From Chloroflexota bacterium (GTDB lineage: Bacteria; Chloroflexota; UBA11872), in assembly GCA_022825895.1 (NCBI GenBank), contig JAJDVX010000042.1, positions 6,525 to 70,524 on the forward strand: a stretch of 64,000 nucleotides of DNA, given 5' to 3'. A model generated the notes under the pieces. The model did not search any database. It was not told where the DNA came from and saw only the letters and a list, made by a program, of their open reading frames with translations. Each line of letters opens with the position of its first letter. Within the stretch, counting starts at the first letter, position 1. Shown in pieces: positions 29,294 through 38,847 of the stretch. Position numbers and translations under genes: made by a program.

Positions 29294-30201
29294 GCCGCCA
29301 CCTGCCGATAGACGGCGTGGGTGAGTTCCGCCGTGTGCGACCAGGGAAACAACGCGGCCCGCGCAAGACCGCGCTCGCGCAGGTCGCTGGCCAGTCCGGG
29401 GTTGGTGGCGATGGCCGTAATGGCTTCCGCCCACGCCGCCGAATCGACGGGGGAGAGCAGGCGACCTGCGTCGCCGACCACTTCCGGCAGGGACGTGGCG
29501 TTGGCCGCGACGACCGGCACGCCGCTGGCCAGGGCTTCGAGCGGGTCGAGTCCAAAGCCCTCATAGCGAGAGGGAAACACAAACACGTCCGCGGCCCGAT
29601 AGAGATCCGGCTTGTCGCGCTCGTCGACCGGACCAACGATGCGCAGCCAGGAGTCGGAACTCGGATCGAGATCACGGAACCAGTCCACGTAGACCCGGCT
29701 GCCCGGCCGGGGAGCGCGTCCGGCAACCACCAGGGGCAGACGGCAAGCGCGCCAGACGGCGGGCCACGCCTCCAACACCACTCCCAGATTCTTGCGCAGG
29801 TCTCGAGTGCTCAGGAAGAGCGCGAAGCGGTCCGGGAGGCCGAGCCGCTGGCCCGCCGCCGCCCGCGCCGCCGCGTCGCCGGGCCGAAACCGATCATCGA
29901 CGCCCAGCGGAATTACGCGGACTCGATCCGAGGGCACGCCTGCCAGCCTGGCGAGATCGTGACGGGTCCATTCGGAGTCGGCAATCAAGGTCCGGGCGCG
30001 CTGCAGGGCCGCCTTCACCAACCAGAAGTAGAGAACCTGGCCTCGACCCGAGGCGTACGCCGGCAATGCCAGCGGAATCAGGTCGTGTACCGTCACCACG
30101 GCCCGCGGAGCGATCAGCGGCGGCGCCAGATAGGGCACATGCCCCAGCGCTCCGCGTATCCGCCTGGGCCACACGGCCTGCTCCCACGCCACCTTGCCCA
30201 A
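29290..30201 (-). CDS. Glycosyltransferase family 4, N-terminally short; no canonical start upstream
   Basis: 303 aa from a TTG. Has VVTVHDLIPL and EGFGLDPLEALASGVPVV. The frame stays open a further 55 codons upstream to the plsY stop. See findings. Confidence 0.65.
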   Translation of the reverse strand: MGKVAWEQAVWPRRIRGALGHVPYLAPPLIAPRAVVTVHDLIPLALPAYASGRGQVLYFWLVKAALQRARTLIADSEWTRHDLARLAGVPSDRVRVIPLGVDDRFRPGDAAARAAAGQRLGLPDRFALFLSTRDLRKNLGVVLEAWPAVWRACRLPLVVAGRAPRPGSRVYVDWFRDLDPSSDSWLRIVGPVDERDKPDLYRAADVFVFPSRYEGFGLDPLEALASGVPVVAANATSLPEVVGDAGRLLSPVDSAAWAEAITAIATNPGLASDLRERGLARAALFPWSHTAELTHAVYRQVAA

Positions 30202-30366
30202 CTGGCCGCTCAGCGCCTGCGGCGGTTCGATCTCGTTGACCGCGAGGTTGGGATATCCGTTCCGCAGCGCGTGAACCAGTGAATCCAGGTATTGGCCCGA
30301 GCCCGTGTCCGGGAAGCGCCGGAAGTAGGCGTTGAATGCGACGCGCAGCGCCTGGGCCTCGCGCCG

Positions 30367-31005
30367 TTACTCGTGCACGTTGACGCCGAAACGTCGATAC
30401 AAGCCGAGCGCCATGGCGTCGTCCGGGCTGGTTCGCCGCTTCAACTCAAGCAGCCCGCCCAAGACCGCGCCCCAGATCGCGTAGATCCACCACAAGTCGG
30501 GCTGCCCGAACAGCGCGTAGAGACCAAAGACGGCCGGGAGCAGCGCGTGTACCGTGGGAGTTGCGTCGGTCGTCCGGCGTCGCGGCAGCAACGCCACCAG
30601 CCAGATCCCCAGGCAAACGGCCCAGATGGCGGGTTGCGCCACGAGCAGCCCGAAGCCCATGGTCGTCGTTCCGCGGCTCCCACGAAAACGCACGAAGACC
30701 TGCCACATGCTCCCCGTGGTCACCGCGGTGATGGCGATAAGTTCGACCACCGGTTCGTTGGGCGCCAGCGCCCGCGCCAGCAGCACCGACGAGGCGGCGG
30801 CGGCCACGTTCCACAGCAAGGCAATGACGGCTGGCAGCTTGCCGGCTCGGAAGAAGGTGTTCTGAATGCCCAGGTTGCCCGATCCGGTGTTGCGCAAGTC
30901 CGATCGCTTGAGAATTGCGGTGGCGAGCAGCGCCGCCGGTACGCTGCCAATCAGGTAGGCGATCACGCCTACGAGGGCGTACGTTGGGATGTGTTCAGGG
31001 TTCAA
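30367..31005 (-). CDS. plsY: Glycerol-3-phosphate acyltransferase PlsY
   Basis: 212 aa. GSGNLG motif and VFVRFRGSRGTTT (the FKGGKGVAT equivalent). About 5 TM helices. Confidence 0.8.
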   Translation of the reverse strand: MNPEHIPTYALVGVIAYLIGSVPAALLATAILKRSDLRNTGSGNLGIQNTFFRAGKLPAVIALLWNVAAAASSVLLARALAPNEPVVELIAITAVTTGSMWQVFVRFRGSRGTTTMGFGLLVAQPAIWAVCLGIWLVALLPRRRTTDATPTVHALLPAVFGLYALFGQPDLWWIYAIWGAVLGGLLELKRRTSPDDAMALGLYRRFGVNVHE

Positions 31006-31029
31006 CGCGGGCGCTCCGCCGCATTCTAG

Positions 31030-32205
31030 CTAGCAGCCTCGGCTCGCGCCGCCGACCACCGGCTGGGGCGGTCCGGCCGCGGCCTCCCGGTAGACGCCGA
31101 TCAGGCGCTGCGCGGACCGGCGCCAGGAAAAGTCCCACCGTCGCTTGTGTCCTCGCTCGACCAGGTCTTTTCGAATCGCCTCGTCCGTCAACAACCTGAC
31201 CAGACCCTCGGCAACCGCCTCCGGATTCTTCTGATCCACAACCAGGGCGGCGCGAGCCGCCACTTCCGTTGTGGCCGGCGTATCGGACGTCAGCACGGGA
31301 CATCCGCAGGCGAGAGCTTCCAGGATCGTGATACCAAAGCCCTCGCCATGGCTTGGATAGGCGTAAACGGACGCCAGGGAATAGAGCGCCCGGAGGGTCC
31401 GGTCGTCAACTCGTCCCAGGAATCGGACGCGGTCGCCGGCCTGCGCAATGGCCGAATAGACGCCGTCGCAGAGCCAGCCTTCGGCGCCGGCGTGCACGTG
31501 CTGGATGGCGGGACTACCAACTCGCTGTGAAGCGAGGGCCACGGCTCGCGCCAGGCCTTCGATGTTCTTGCGCGGCTGGATGGTGCCGACGGAAAGCACG
31601 AAATGTTCCGGCAACTCCAATTGCCTCCGCACCGCGCGCAGTTCGTCCGGATCAGCGATTGGACCGAACCAGTCCGGTACGGCGTTTGGTACCACGCGAA
31701 TCCGATGGGGGCGCACCCCGTAGCGCTGCATCAGGTCGCGCTTGGTGGCCTCCGAGACGGCGATGACCAGTCGGGCGCGATCAATCGACCTGGGCACGGC
31801 GCGTTCCAGGAAGCGGCGCTGCCGCGGATGCGCGTCCTGCGGGCGCACGACGTACGAAAGATCGTGCACGGTGAGCACGCCGTGGGCAGCCAGCAGCGGC
31901 GGAAGGGTGAAGTCGGGACCGTGGAATACCCGGGCCCGGCCGGCAATCGCCTCGGCCGGCAGCGGAGCTCGCGCCTTGAACCAGGTCGCCAGCGCAACGC
32001 GCGGTGACACCGGAATGCGGCGAACCCGGACGCGTTCATGCACGGCCAGGGCATCCGCTTCCCGCGACGGCCCGCGACGCGTATAGACGAGCGTGAGGTC
32101 GGGGCGGTCGGGTTCAACCACCAGCGCGTTGACCAACTCACGCACCGAGCGGCCAATCCCGGCCTGCTGCGTCGCGGCGGCGGTGATGTCGATCGCGACG
32201 CGCAT
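31030..32205 (-). CDS. Glycosyltransferase family 4
   Basis: Internal start MRVAIDITAA. GT4 C-domain SHGEGFGITILEALACGCPVLTSD. Confidence 0.85.
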   Translation of the reverse strand: MRVAIDITAAATQQAGIGRSVRELVNALVVEPDRPDLTLVYTRRGPSREADALAVHERVRVRRIPVSPRVALATWFKARAPLPAEAIAGRARVFHGPDFTLPPLLAAHGVLTVHDLSYVVRPQDAHPRQRRFLERAVPRSIDRARLVIAVSEATKRDLMQRYGVRPHRIRVVPNAVPDWFGPIADPDELRAVRRQLELPEHFVLSVGTIQPRKNIEGLARAVALASQRVGSPAIQHVHAGAEGWLCDGVYSAIAQAGDRVRFLGRVDDRTLRALYSLASVYAYPSHGEGFGITILEALACGCPVLTSDTPATTEVAARAALVVDQKNPEAVAEGLVRLLTDEAIRKDLVERGHKRRWDFSWRRSAQRLIGVYREAAAGPPQPVVGGASRGC

Positions 32206-32207
32206 GG

Positions 32208-33233
32208 CTAGCGGCGCTTGAGGCGCGTGAGGGCGAACAACAGGCCGCCGGTCAGGATGACCGACCAATACGTGATGACCCTATCGACAATCGCCACCGC
32301 CCCGGCCACGCCGCCGCCCACGCCAATCAGCCGCATCAGCCCCAGCAGACCGCCCTCAACCGCACCCAGGCCACCTGGGGTCGGGACGGCAAGCAGCAAT
32401 GATGCCGCCGTACCCACAAATACGATCTCGGCCGGATTCAGCTCCAGTCCAAGCGCCCGCATCACGATGGCCAGACGCACCATCTCAATCGACCAGATCG
32501 CAAAGCTGGCCAGCCACAGGAATGGCCCCGTGCGCCAGGTCCAGCTGTCAAAGACGCCGCTGTGAAAGCGTTCGTAGATCGCCGCAGCCGACTGTGGCAA
32601 CCGCGCGAAAATCGGCGTGCCGAATCCCAGCAGAAACAGCACGCCCAACGCCAGCACCGCCAGCGCCAGCGCCGCGACGGCCAGGATGCGTCCCACCTCC
32701 TCGCTGGTCTCGGGTGACCTGGCAATCCAAGCCGCCGACGCCATGACCATGACGATCAGTGCGCCTACGTCGAACACGCGCTCCGAAAAGATGGTGCCCA
32801 GCGTGCGGGTGAGCGACGTTCCATAATTCGCTCGCGCCATATAGGCCCGATAAATGTCGCCCAGCTTGGCTGGCACCACGCCGTTCACGAACCACGAGAT
32901 GTAGAGAATCTGCGCCAGATCGCGCATTCGGTAGTTCGGGGTCACGTCTTCCCGGTGCGCCGCGTTGGTCAGCAGGATTCGCCACCGGAGCGTGCGAATC
33001 GGGAAGGTGAGCGCAAAGGCGATGTAGGCCAGGACGATCAGCCACGGATCGGCTGACCGGATCCGCGCCACGATGTCCTCGAGCCGCAGGTCGGCCAGAA
33101 TCCAGGCAAGCGCCAGCAGCACTCCGGCCACCAGGAAGCTGCCAAGGGTTCGCGCACTGAGAAACCGCCGACGCAGATCAGTCCGCGAGGGGTCCACGAC
33201 CGACTCGGCTGCTTCTGGTCGGGTGTCGGTCAC
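32208..33233 (-). CDS. Flippase-like / lysylphosphatidylglycerol-synthase TM-region family membrane protein (UPF0104)
   Basis: 341 aa, about 8 TM helices. PIRTLRWRILL motif characteristic of the LPG_synthase_TM/flippase-like family. Confidence 0.6.
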   Translation of the reverse strand: MTDTRPEAAESVVDPSRTDLRRRFLSARTLGSFLVAGVLLALAWILADLRLEDIVARIRSADPWLIVLAYIAFALTFPIRTLRWRILLTNAAHREDVTPNYRMRDLAQILYISWFVNGVVPAKLGDIYRAYMARANYGTSLTRTLGTIFSERVFDVGALIVMVMASAAWIARSPETSEEVGRILAVAALALAVLALGVLFLLGFGTPIFARLPQSAAAIYERFHSGVFDSWTWRTGPFLWLASFAIWSIEMVRLAIVMRALGLELNPAEIVFVGTAASLLLAVPTPGGLGAVEGGLLGLMRLIGVGGGVAGAVAIVDRVITYWSVILTGGLLFALTRLKRR

Positions 33234-35092
33234 GCCACGGCCCGTTCGACACCAGGGGCCGAATCGCGCGGCTGTCCGGGAACGACCAGCGCCAGCGCAA
33301 GCAGCAGAGCAAACACTATTCCCATTCCGCTCACGTAGAGACTGTCAACCAGATTGTGGATGGCAAAGCCGACCAGGGCGCCCAGCGCGCCAACGGCGCT
33401 CCACTCGAACGCCGTGCCGCGCGCTCGGCGGACCGCGGCCACGGCGCTTCCAAACGCCCACAGGCTGAGGCCGGCAAACATGAGCATGCCAGGCAAACCG
33501 GCCTCGGCGCCGAAGTTCAGCGGGACATTGTGCGCATGGCCAAGCGGTTCGTCGAAGGGTTGCACCGCGAAGGCGCGATAGGCATCGTCAAAGTTCCCGG
33601 CGCCGACGCCGAGCAGCGGCCGGTCCTGGAACATCCGCCAGCCGGCCGCCCAGTGTGCCGTGCGCTGGGCGATGGCGAAGTCGTCATGGGCGCGGTGACG
33701 CACGACGTCGTCTACCGGATGTTCGCCCTGCAACGTTCGTTCAACGTCCGGCGGCAACAGGCGATCGAACTCTCCGCCGAAGGACGCGACCACCGCGACC
33801 AGCACCGCGGCGGCGCCAAGCGCCAGAAGGCCGCGCTTCCAAGGCGTCTCCAGGCGTCCGGCCGCCAGCGCCACCACCAGTGAACTGGCGCCAATGCCAA
33901 TCCAGGCGCCTCGTGATCGGCTGGCGACGATCGCCATCAATATGACAATTCCCAACAGAACCAGCCAGCGCCGCCGCGAACCGCGCGCATAAACCGCCGC
34001 GGCCAGAATGAGCGGTACGTGGACTCCGAGATACCCCCCAAAGGGGTTCGGCTGATCAAAGGTCCCGAATGCGCGCAGGACACCGCCGACGACGAGTCCG
34101 GCCGGGCCGACCGCGGCCGCTGTTTGCACCAGTCCCAGACCAGCCTGAAGCAGCAAGGCCGCGGCGACAGCCCAGGCCACGATTCGGCGGCTGGAGGAAT
34201 CGCGCATGAGGTCGGTGAGGATCAGCAGCGCCACGGCAATCTGGATCCACTTCAGGACTTCCTTGAGCACCAGCGCCGGATTCACCGCCGCCACGGCTGT
34301 CACCACCAGCCAGCCGGCAAAGACCAGCAGGCCAAGCGTGTACGTCGGGAGGTGCGCGCGGGCTCGGGCGCCGCGTCCAAAGATCCAGACCGACAACGCA
34401 CCGAGCAGCAGGACGTCAGTCGCCCCGAAGGCAACGCCGCTGATCTGCACCTCGGCCAGTCCGCGAAACGGTACGGCAGCCAGGGCCAGCGCGGTCAGCA
34501 CAGCCGCGACCACTCGCGCGTCGAACACGGGAACGACCAGGCGAATGATTGCCGCCGCGACGGCCGCGAGCAGGATCAACGCGAGCGCGAGCGTCGGCAA
34601 CGGACCCGCGGTCACGGCGGCCAGGGCAAGTCCCACGACAGCCAGGCAGACTGCCGCCGATCCAGGCCCGGCGGACCAGATCACCCGACCGGGCGCGAAA
34701 CGCGGAGAATCGACCAGGCGGCTTGCGCCCGACGGCGCCCCTCGAGCGCGCCACAGCACTGCCGCGACTGTCAGGGGACCGACCAGCACGAGGCACGCGG
34801 CCGCAACGAGAAGCCCGACCTGCACCAGAACGCCGGTGATACCCAGCGTCAGCGCGGCGGCCGCCAGCGCAAGTTCCAGCCGGCGCCGACGGGCGCGCCG
34901 CAGTCCAAGCCCCAGCAAGGCGGCGGCGGCCAGCAGCGCCGCGGCGGCCAGCGGGATCACGCGGACCCAAGGCACGTCATGCGCGGCCAGCGCCATCGGC
35001 ACAATGACCGGAAGCGCGACGAGCGACAGGGCGCCGCCGAACATCGCGGGTCGCAAGCCAGAGCTCGAACGCGTCCGGTTCAATGCGGTCAC
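33230..35092 (-). CDS. O-antigen ligase/polymerase family membrane protein (Wzy_C)
   Basis: 620 aa, polytopic. FDQPNPFGGYL...ASRSRGAWIG periplasmic-loop motifs of the Wzy_C family. About 200 extra N-terminal TM residues. Confidence 0.75.
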   Translation of the reverse strand: MTALNRTRSSSGLRPAMFGGALSLVALPVIVPMALAAHDVPWVRVIPLAAAALLAAAALLGLGLRRARRRRLELALAAAALTLGITGVLVQVGLLVAAACLVLVGPLTVAAVLWRARGAPSGASRLVDSPRFAPGRVIWSAGPGSAAVCLAVVGLALAAVTAGPLPTLALALILLAAVAAAIIRLVVPVFDARVVAAVLTALALAAVPFRGLAEVQISGVAFGATDVLLLGALSVWIFGRGARARAHLPTYTLGLLVFAGWLVVTAVAAVNPALVLKEVLKWIQIAVALLILTDLMRDSSSRRIVAWAVAAALLLQAGLGLVQTAAAVGPAGLVVGGVLRAFGTFDQPNPFGGYLGVHVPLILAAAVYARGSRRRWLVLLGIVILMAIVASRSRGAWIGIGASSLVVALAAGRLETPWKRGLLALGAAAVLVAVVASFGGEFDRLLPPDVERTLQGEHPVDDVVRHRAHDDFAIAQRTAHWAAGWRMFQDRPLLGVGAGNFDDAYRAFAVQPFDEPLGHAHNVPLNFGAEAGLPGMLMFAGLSLWAFGSAVAAVRRARGTAFEWSAVGALGALVGFAIHNLVDSLYVSGMGIVFALLLALALVVPGQPRDSAPGVERAVA

Positions 35093-35299
35093 GTCACGAG
35101 TCGCCGGGATCGTGGACGCGGCGCGCGCATTCGCGGGTTAGACGTGCGAAAGATCAACCTGGGGTGGCCATGTCCGGTAAACGGCCCAAAGCGTACGTTG
35201 TTCCGCAAACCGGTGAGCCTAACCAGTCATGGGTCGATTGGCACTCGCCGGCGCGGGAGAATCGGCGCGTGCCGAACCAGGAAGTGACGGGCTGACCGC

Positions 35300-35803
35300 G
35301 TGCCGGACGTACTGATCGGGCTCGGCTCGAACGTAGGCGATCGACTGTTGAATCTCCGTACGGCCGTGGCAGGCCTTCGGGTGGTGCTGCGAAAGGTCGA
35401 GGTTTCCTACGTGTACGAGACAACGCCGCTCGGGGTGCTCGACCAGCCACCATTTCTCAATGCGGCGGTTCGCGGAGTATCCCGCGTCGGTCCTCAGCGG
35501 CTGTTTTTCTGGGCGAAGTCGCTTGAGTCTGGCGCTGGCCGCCGGCCCGGCGCGAGGCTGGGGCCGAGGCAATTGGACCTGGACATCATCGCCTTCGGAG
35601 ACCTCGAGGCGGAAACGCCGCGCCTGCGGATTCCGCACGTGGCCTTTGCCGAGCGGGGGTTCGTGCTTGCGCCGTTGGCGGACCTGGCGCCCGACCTGAC
35701 CCTGCCGGGCGCCTCGGCGCCGGTCCGCGTGCTGGCTGCACGAGTTGGACGAGCCGGGGTCGAGCGAGCGAATCCGCCACACGCCCTGTTGCCCCCGAGA
35801 TAA
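35300..35803 (+). CDS. folK: 2-amino-4-hydroxy-6-hydroxymethyldihydropteridine diphosphokinase
   Basis: 167 aa. VLIGLGSNVGDR and DLDII motifs classic for HPPK. Confidence 0.9.
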   Translation: MPDVLIGLGSNVGDRLLNLRTAVAGLRVVLRKVEVSYVYETTPLGVLDQPPFLNAAVRGVSRVGPQRLFFWAKSLESGAGRRPGARLGPRQLDLDIIAFGDLEAETPRLRIPHVAFAERGFVLAPLADLAPDLTLPGASAPVRVLAARVGRAGVERANPPHALLPPR

Positions 35804-35810
35804 TCGGCCA

Positions 35811-37166
35811 ATGTCAGATACGTATACCGACGCGCTGACGTGGCTCTACGGGTACGCCGACTTCGAACGCGCTACGGGCCTGGGGGGCGGGCCACCATTC
35901 GAACGAGGGCTGGAACGCACTTCGCGGCTGCTTGCCGATCTCGGCGACCCGCACGATGACCTGCGAATCGTTCACGTAGCCGGCAGCAAGGGCAAGGGCA
36001 GCGTCTGCGCGCTTATCGCCTCGGCCGCGGAGGCCGCCGGTCTGCGCACCGGCCTGTACACCCAGCCGCACCTCCACAGTTTTCGCGAACGCTTTCAGAT
36101 CGACGCACAACCCATCGACCCGCCGTCGTTTACGCGCCTCGTTGATCGCATGCGAGTGGCTGTGGAACGGACCGGCGACGAAACGCTGGGCCTTCCCACC
36201 ACGTTTGAGATCAGCACGGCAATGGCCCTGGTCTGGTTTCGAATGGAAGAGGTGGATCTGGCAATCCTGGAGGTCGGGCTTGGTGGGCGGCTCGACGCCA
36301 CCAATGTCGTGACGCCCGACGTCACGGCCGTCACCACCATCGTGCGCGAGCACACGCGCCTGCTCGGCGACTCGCTGCCCGATATCGCCAGGGAAAAAGC
36401 CGCCATCGCCAAGCCGGGGATACCAATGCTGGTCAGCGACCAGTCGCCCGAGATCTTGGAGGCCATTCGCGGCGTGGCAACGGAGGCCGGGGCTGCCGTC
36501 CAGGTTGTTCCAGCCCTGGCAACCGACCGATCGGCCAACTGGCGCGACGGTCGCGCCGTGACGGTGACCCGGGATCCGCTGTCTGGCGATGCCCTCCCGC
36601 TGGGCCTCGCGGGGCCGCACCAGGCGCGGAACGCCGGGCTGGCCTACGCCCTTTGCCGGACGCTCGCCGACCGTGGCGTCGCGATTCCCCGTGACGCCAT
36701 CCGCGCCGGCTTTGGCGCCGCGCGCTGGCCGGGCCGCCTGGAGTTGGTCGCCAACGATCCGCCGGTGGTCGTGGACGGGGCGCACACCGTTGAGGCCGTT
36801 GACGTCGTGGTGGAGACGCTGCGCCGGCAACTCAACCTGCCTCGCGGCCCGGTCATCTTCGGCGCCTTGCGTGACAAGTCGGTCCGACACATGGCGGAGG
36901 CGCTGCGACCCTTCGCGACATGTCTCGTGGTTTTCGAACCGGGACATCCACGCGGGATGCCCTCGGGTGACGTGCTGGCCCAGCTTGACGGCATGCACAA
37001 CGCGACCGTGGCCCCGAGCGCGGCGCAGGCGCTGGCCCTGGCGCGCGACGCCGCCCGACCCGGACAGGCCGTGCTCGCCATCGGGAGCCTGGCGGTCGCC
37101 GCCGACGTTCGAGCGGCCGCCGGAGTGCCGGTCGAGAGCGACCCGCCCGTACCGGTTGCCGGTTAA
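35811..37166 (+). CDS. folC: Bifunctional folylpolyglutamate synthase / dihydrofolate synthase
   Basis: Internal ATG (MSDTYTDALTWLYG). P-loop VAGSKGKGSV, Mur-ligase fold. Confidence 0.9.
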   Translation: MSDTYTDALTWLYGYADFERATGLGGGPPFERGLERTSRLLADLGDPHDDLRIVHVAGSKGKGSVCALIASAAEAAGLRTGLYTQPHLHSFRERFQIDAQPIDPPSFTRLVDRMRVAVERTGDETLGLPTTFEISTAMALVWFRMEEVDLAILEVGLGGRLDATNVVTPDVTAVTTIVREHTRLLGDSLPDIAREKAAIAKPGIPMLVSDQSPEILEAIRGVATEAGAAVQVVPALATDRSANWRDGRAVTVTRDPLSGDALPLGLAGPHQARNAGLAYALCRTLADRGVAIPRDAIRAGFGAARWPGRLELVANDPPVVVDGAHTVEAVDVVVETLRRQLNLPRGPVIFGALRDKSVRHMAEALRPFATCLVVFEPGHPRGMPSGDVLAQLDGMHNATVAPSAAQALALARDAARPGQAVLAIGSLAVAADVRAAAGVPVESDPPVPVAG

Positions 37167-37168
37167 CC

Positions 37169-37681
37169 ATGGACACGCCCCCGGACCGAAGAGCCCGCCG
37201 CAAGCTCGACGAGGCCGCGGCCGCTGGACTGTTCGAACGCACCGCCGGGCGCGGCAAGCCGCTCAGGCTGACGCCGGACGATCCCAACGTGCCGGCCGAC
37301 CTGCGGCTGGCCTTCCGCGTCATGCGCGACGCGAACATGTCGCCGCCCTGGATCGCCCTGGCGGGCGAGGTGGAGCAGGCGCTGGAAGACCTGCGCCGCC
37401 AGCTCGCGCGACACGAGCGCCGCATGCGTGACCTGCGGGAAACCCTGGTGTCCGGACGAGCGGCGGACTTCAAGGACGCCTTCAAGAGCGCCAGGACGAT
37501 GCACCTTCGGCAGCGACGCGAATTCCAACAACGGCTTGACGAAACTCGACAGAAGGCCGACCAGCTGGCGGCCACGGCGCCGGACGGGGCGCAGCGCGTG
37601 ATGTTTCGGGCGTCCGCTTTTCTCGAGCGCTTCGATGCCGCCTGGCCCTGGCCCGAGCGCGCCGAGGACGATCACGACTGA
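37169..37681 (+). CDS. DUF1992 (DnaJC28-like) domain protein
   Basis: 170 aa. GRGKPL motif and overall pattern typical of DUF1992. Confidence 0.55.
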   Translation: MDTPPDRRARRKLDEAAAAGLFERTAGRGKPLRLTPDDPNVPADLRLAFRVMRDANMSPPWIALAGEVEQALEDLRRQLARHERRMRDLRETLVSGRAADFKDAFKSARTMHLRQRREFQQRLDETRQKADQLAATAPDGAQRVMFRASAFLERFDAAWPWPERAEDDHD

Positions 37682-38793
37682 TGAAGCGGCGAACTCGAAC
37701 CTGGCTGGGACAGGGACTATGGCTGCTGCTGAGCCTCGGCTTCGGGCTGCGACGGCTGATTGGCGGTCGGCGAAGCTTGCCCACGGACCCCCAAAGCGTG
37801 CTGATCGTGCGCTTCGACCTGATGGGCGACGTGGTGAACGCCCTTTCCGCTGTTGCGGCCGCGCGTAAGCGCTGGCCGCGGGCCCACCTCGTGTTCATGG
37901 GACCGCCGGCCTGGCGGCCCATCGCGCGGCGCTGCCCGGCCGTCGACGAGCTGATCCCGTTCGACGGCGGCGCCGTCACACACTGGCCGGCCGTGCTTGA
38001 TCCAAAGGCTTGGATAAGGGCTTGTAGCGTCTTGCGAACAGTCCGCGCGCGCGAATTCGACGTCGCCGTGAGCGTCTACGGGCCGATCGCGGGCGCCGTG
38101 GTTGCGCTCAGCGGGGCGCGCTGGCGCGTCGGCTACCGCGCCGAAGCCCCGGCCTGGAGCTTCGACCAGGCGTTGCCCGGCCGTCGTCGCAACGGAGGGC
38201 CGCACGAGGCCGAACTGGCAACCCGGCTCATCCGGCACACGGACCCGGCCTGGCAAACCATCGAAGCGGAGACCGAGTCGGAACTAGTGGCGCACGTGCC
38301 GCGCCCGCTGGTCGTTCTGCACCCCGGCGCGACACACGGTGAAGCCAAGTGCTGGCCGGACGAACATTGGGCAACCCTGGCTCGGTTGCTTGAGCCTGAA
38401 GTCGGCGCACTGGCCGTCGTCGGCCTCACCGACACGCGCCCGACGGCCGACCGAATAGCAAAGTCCGCGGCCATCCACGACCTGAGCGGTCGCACCTCGC
38501 TCGACGAACTCATCGGCGTCCTGGCCCAGGCTGACGTCGTGGTTTCGACGGACAGCGGACCCGGACACCTGGCTCGGGCACTGGGACGACGCGTGGTCAT
38601 GCTACACGGACCCACGGACATCGCCATTCACGGACCCGGCGATCCCAATTCGCGGGCCTTGCGCGTCGACTTGCCCTGCGGTCCCTGCTACAACTTCGAC
38701 CGGCCGGCGGAGTGCCGCTTCGGCGACGTGCTGTGCATGCATTGGCTGGAGCCGCAGCGGGTGCGCGACGCGGTATTGGAACTGCTGGCGTAG
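37681..38793 (+). CDS. Glycosyltransferase family 9 (heptosyltransferase-like)
   Basis: 370 aa. VLIVRFDLMGDVV N-terminal motif and C-terminal GPTD...CGPC pattern of GT9. Confidence 0.75.
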   Translation: MKRRTRTWLGQGLWLLLSLGFGLRRLIGGRRSLPTDPQSVLIVRFDLMGDVVNALSAVAAARKRWPRAHLVFMGPPAWRPIARRCPAVDELIPFDGGAVTHWPAVLDPKAWIRACSVLRTVRAREFDVAVSVYGPIAGAVVALSGARWRVGYRAEAPAWSFDQALPGRRRNGGPHEAELATRLIRHTDPAWQTIEAETESELVAHVPRPLVVLHPGATHGEAKCWPDEHWATLARLLEPEVGALAVVGLTDTRPTADRIAKSAAIHDLSGRTSLDELIGVLAQADVVVSTDSGPGHLARALGRRVVMLHGPTDIAIHGPGDPNSRALRVDLPCGPCYNFDRPAECRFGDVLCMHWLEPQRVRDAVLELLA

Positions 38794-38847
38794 CGGCCCG
38801 ATGGCACTTCGTCGTTATGTCAACATGAGCGTCGCCAAACCCGCCGT

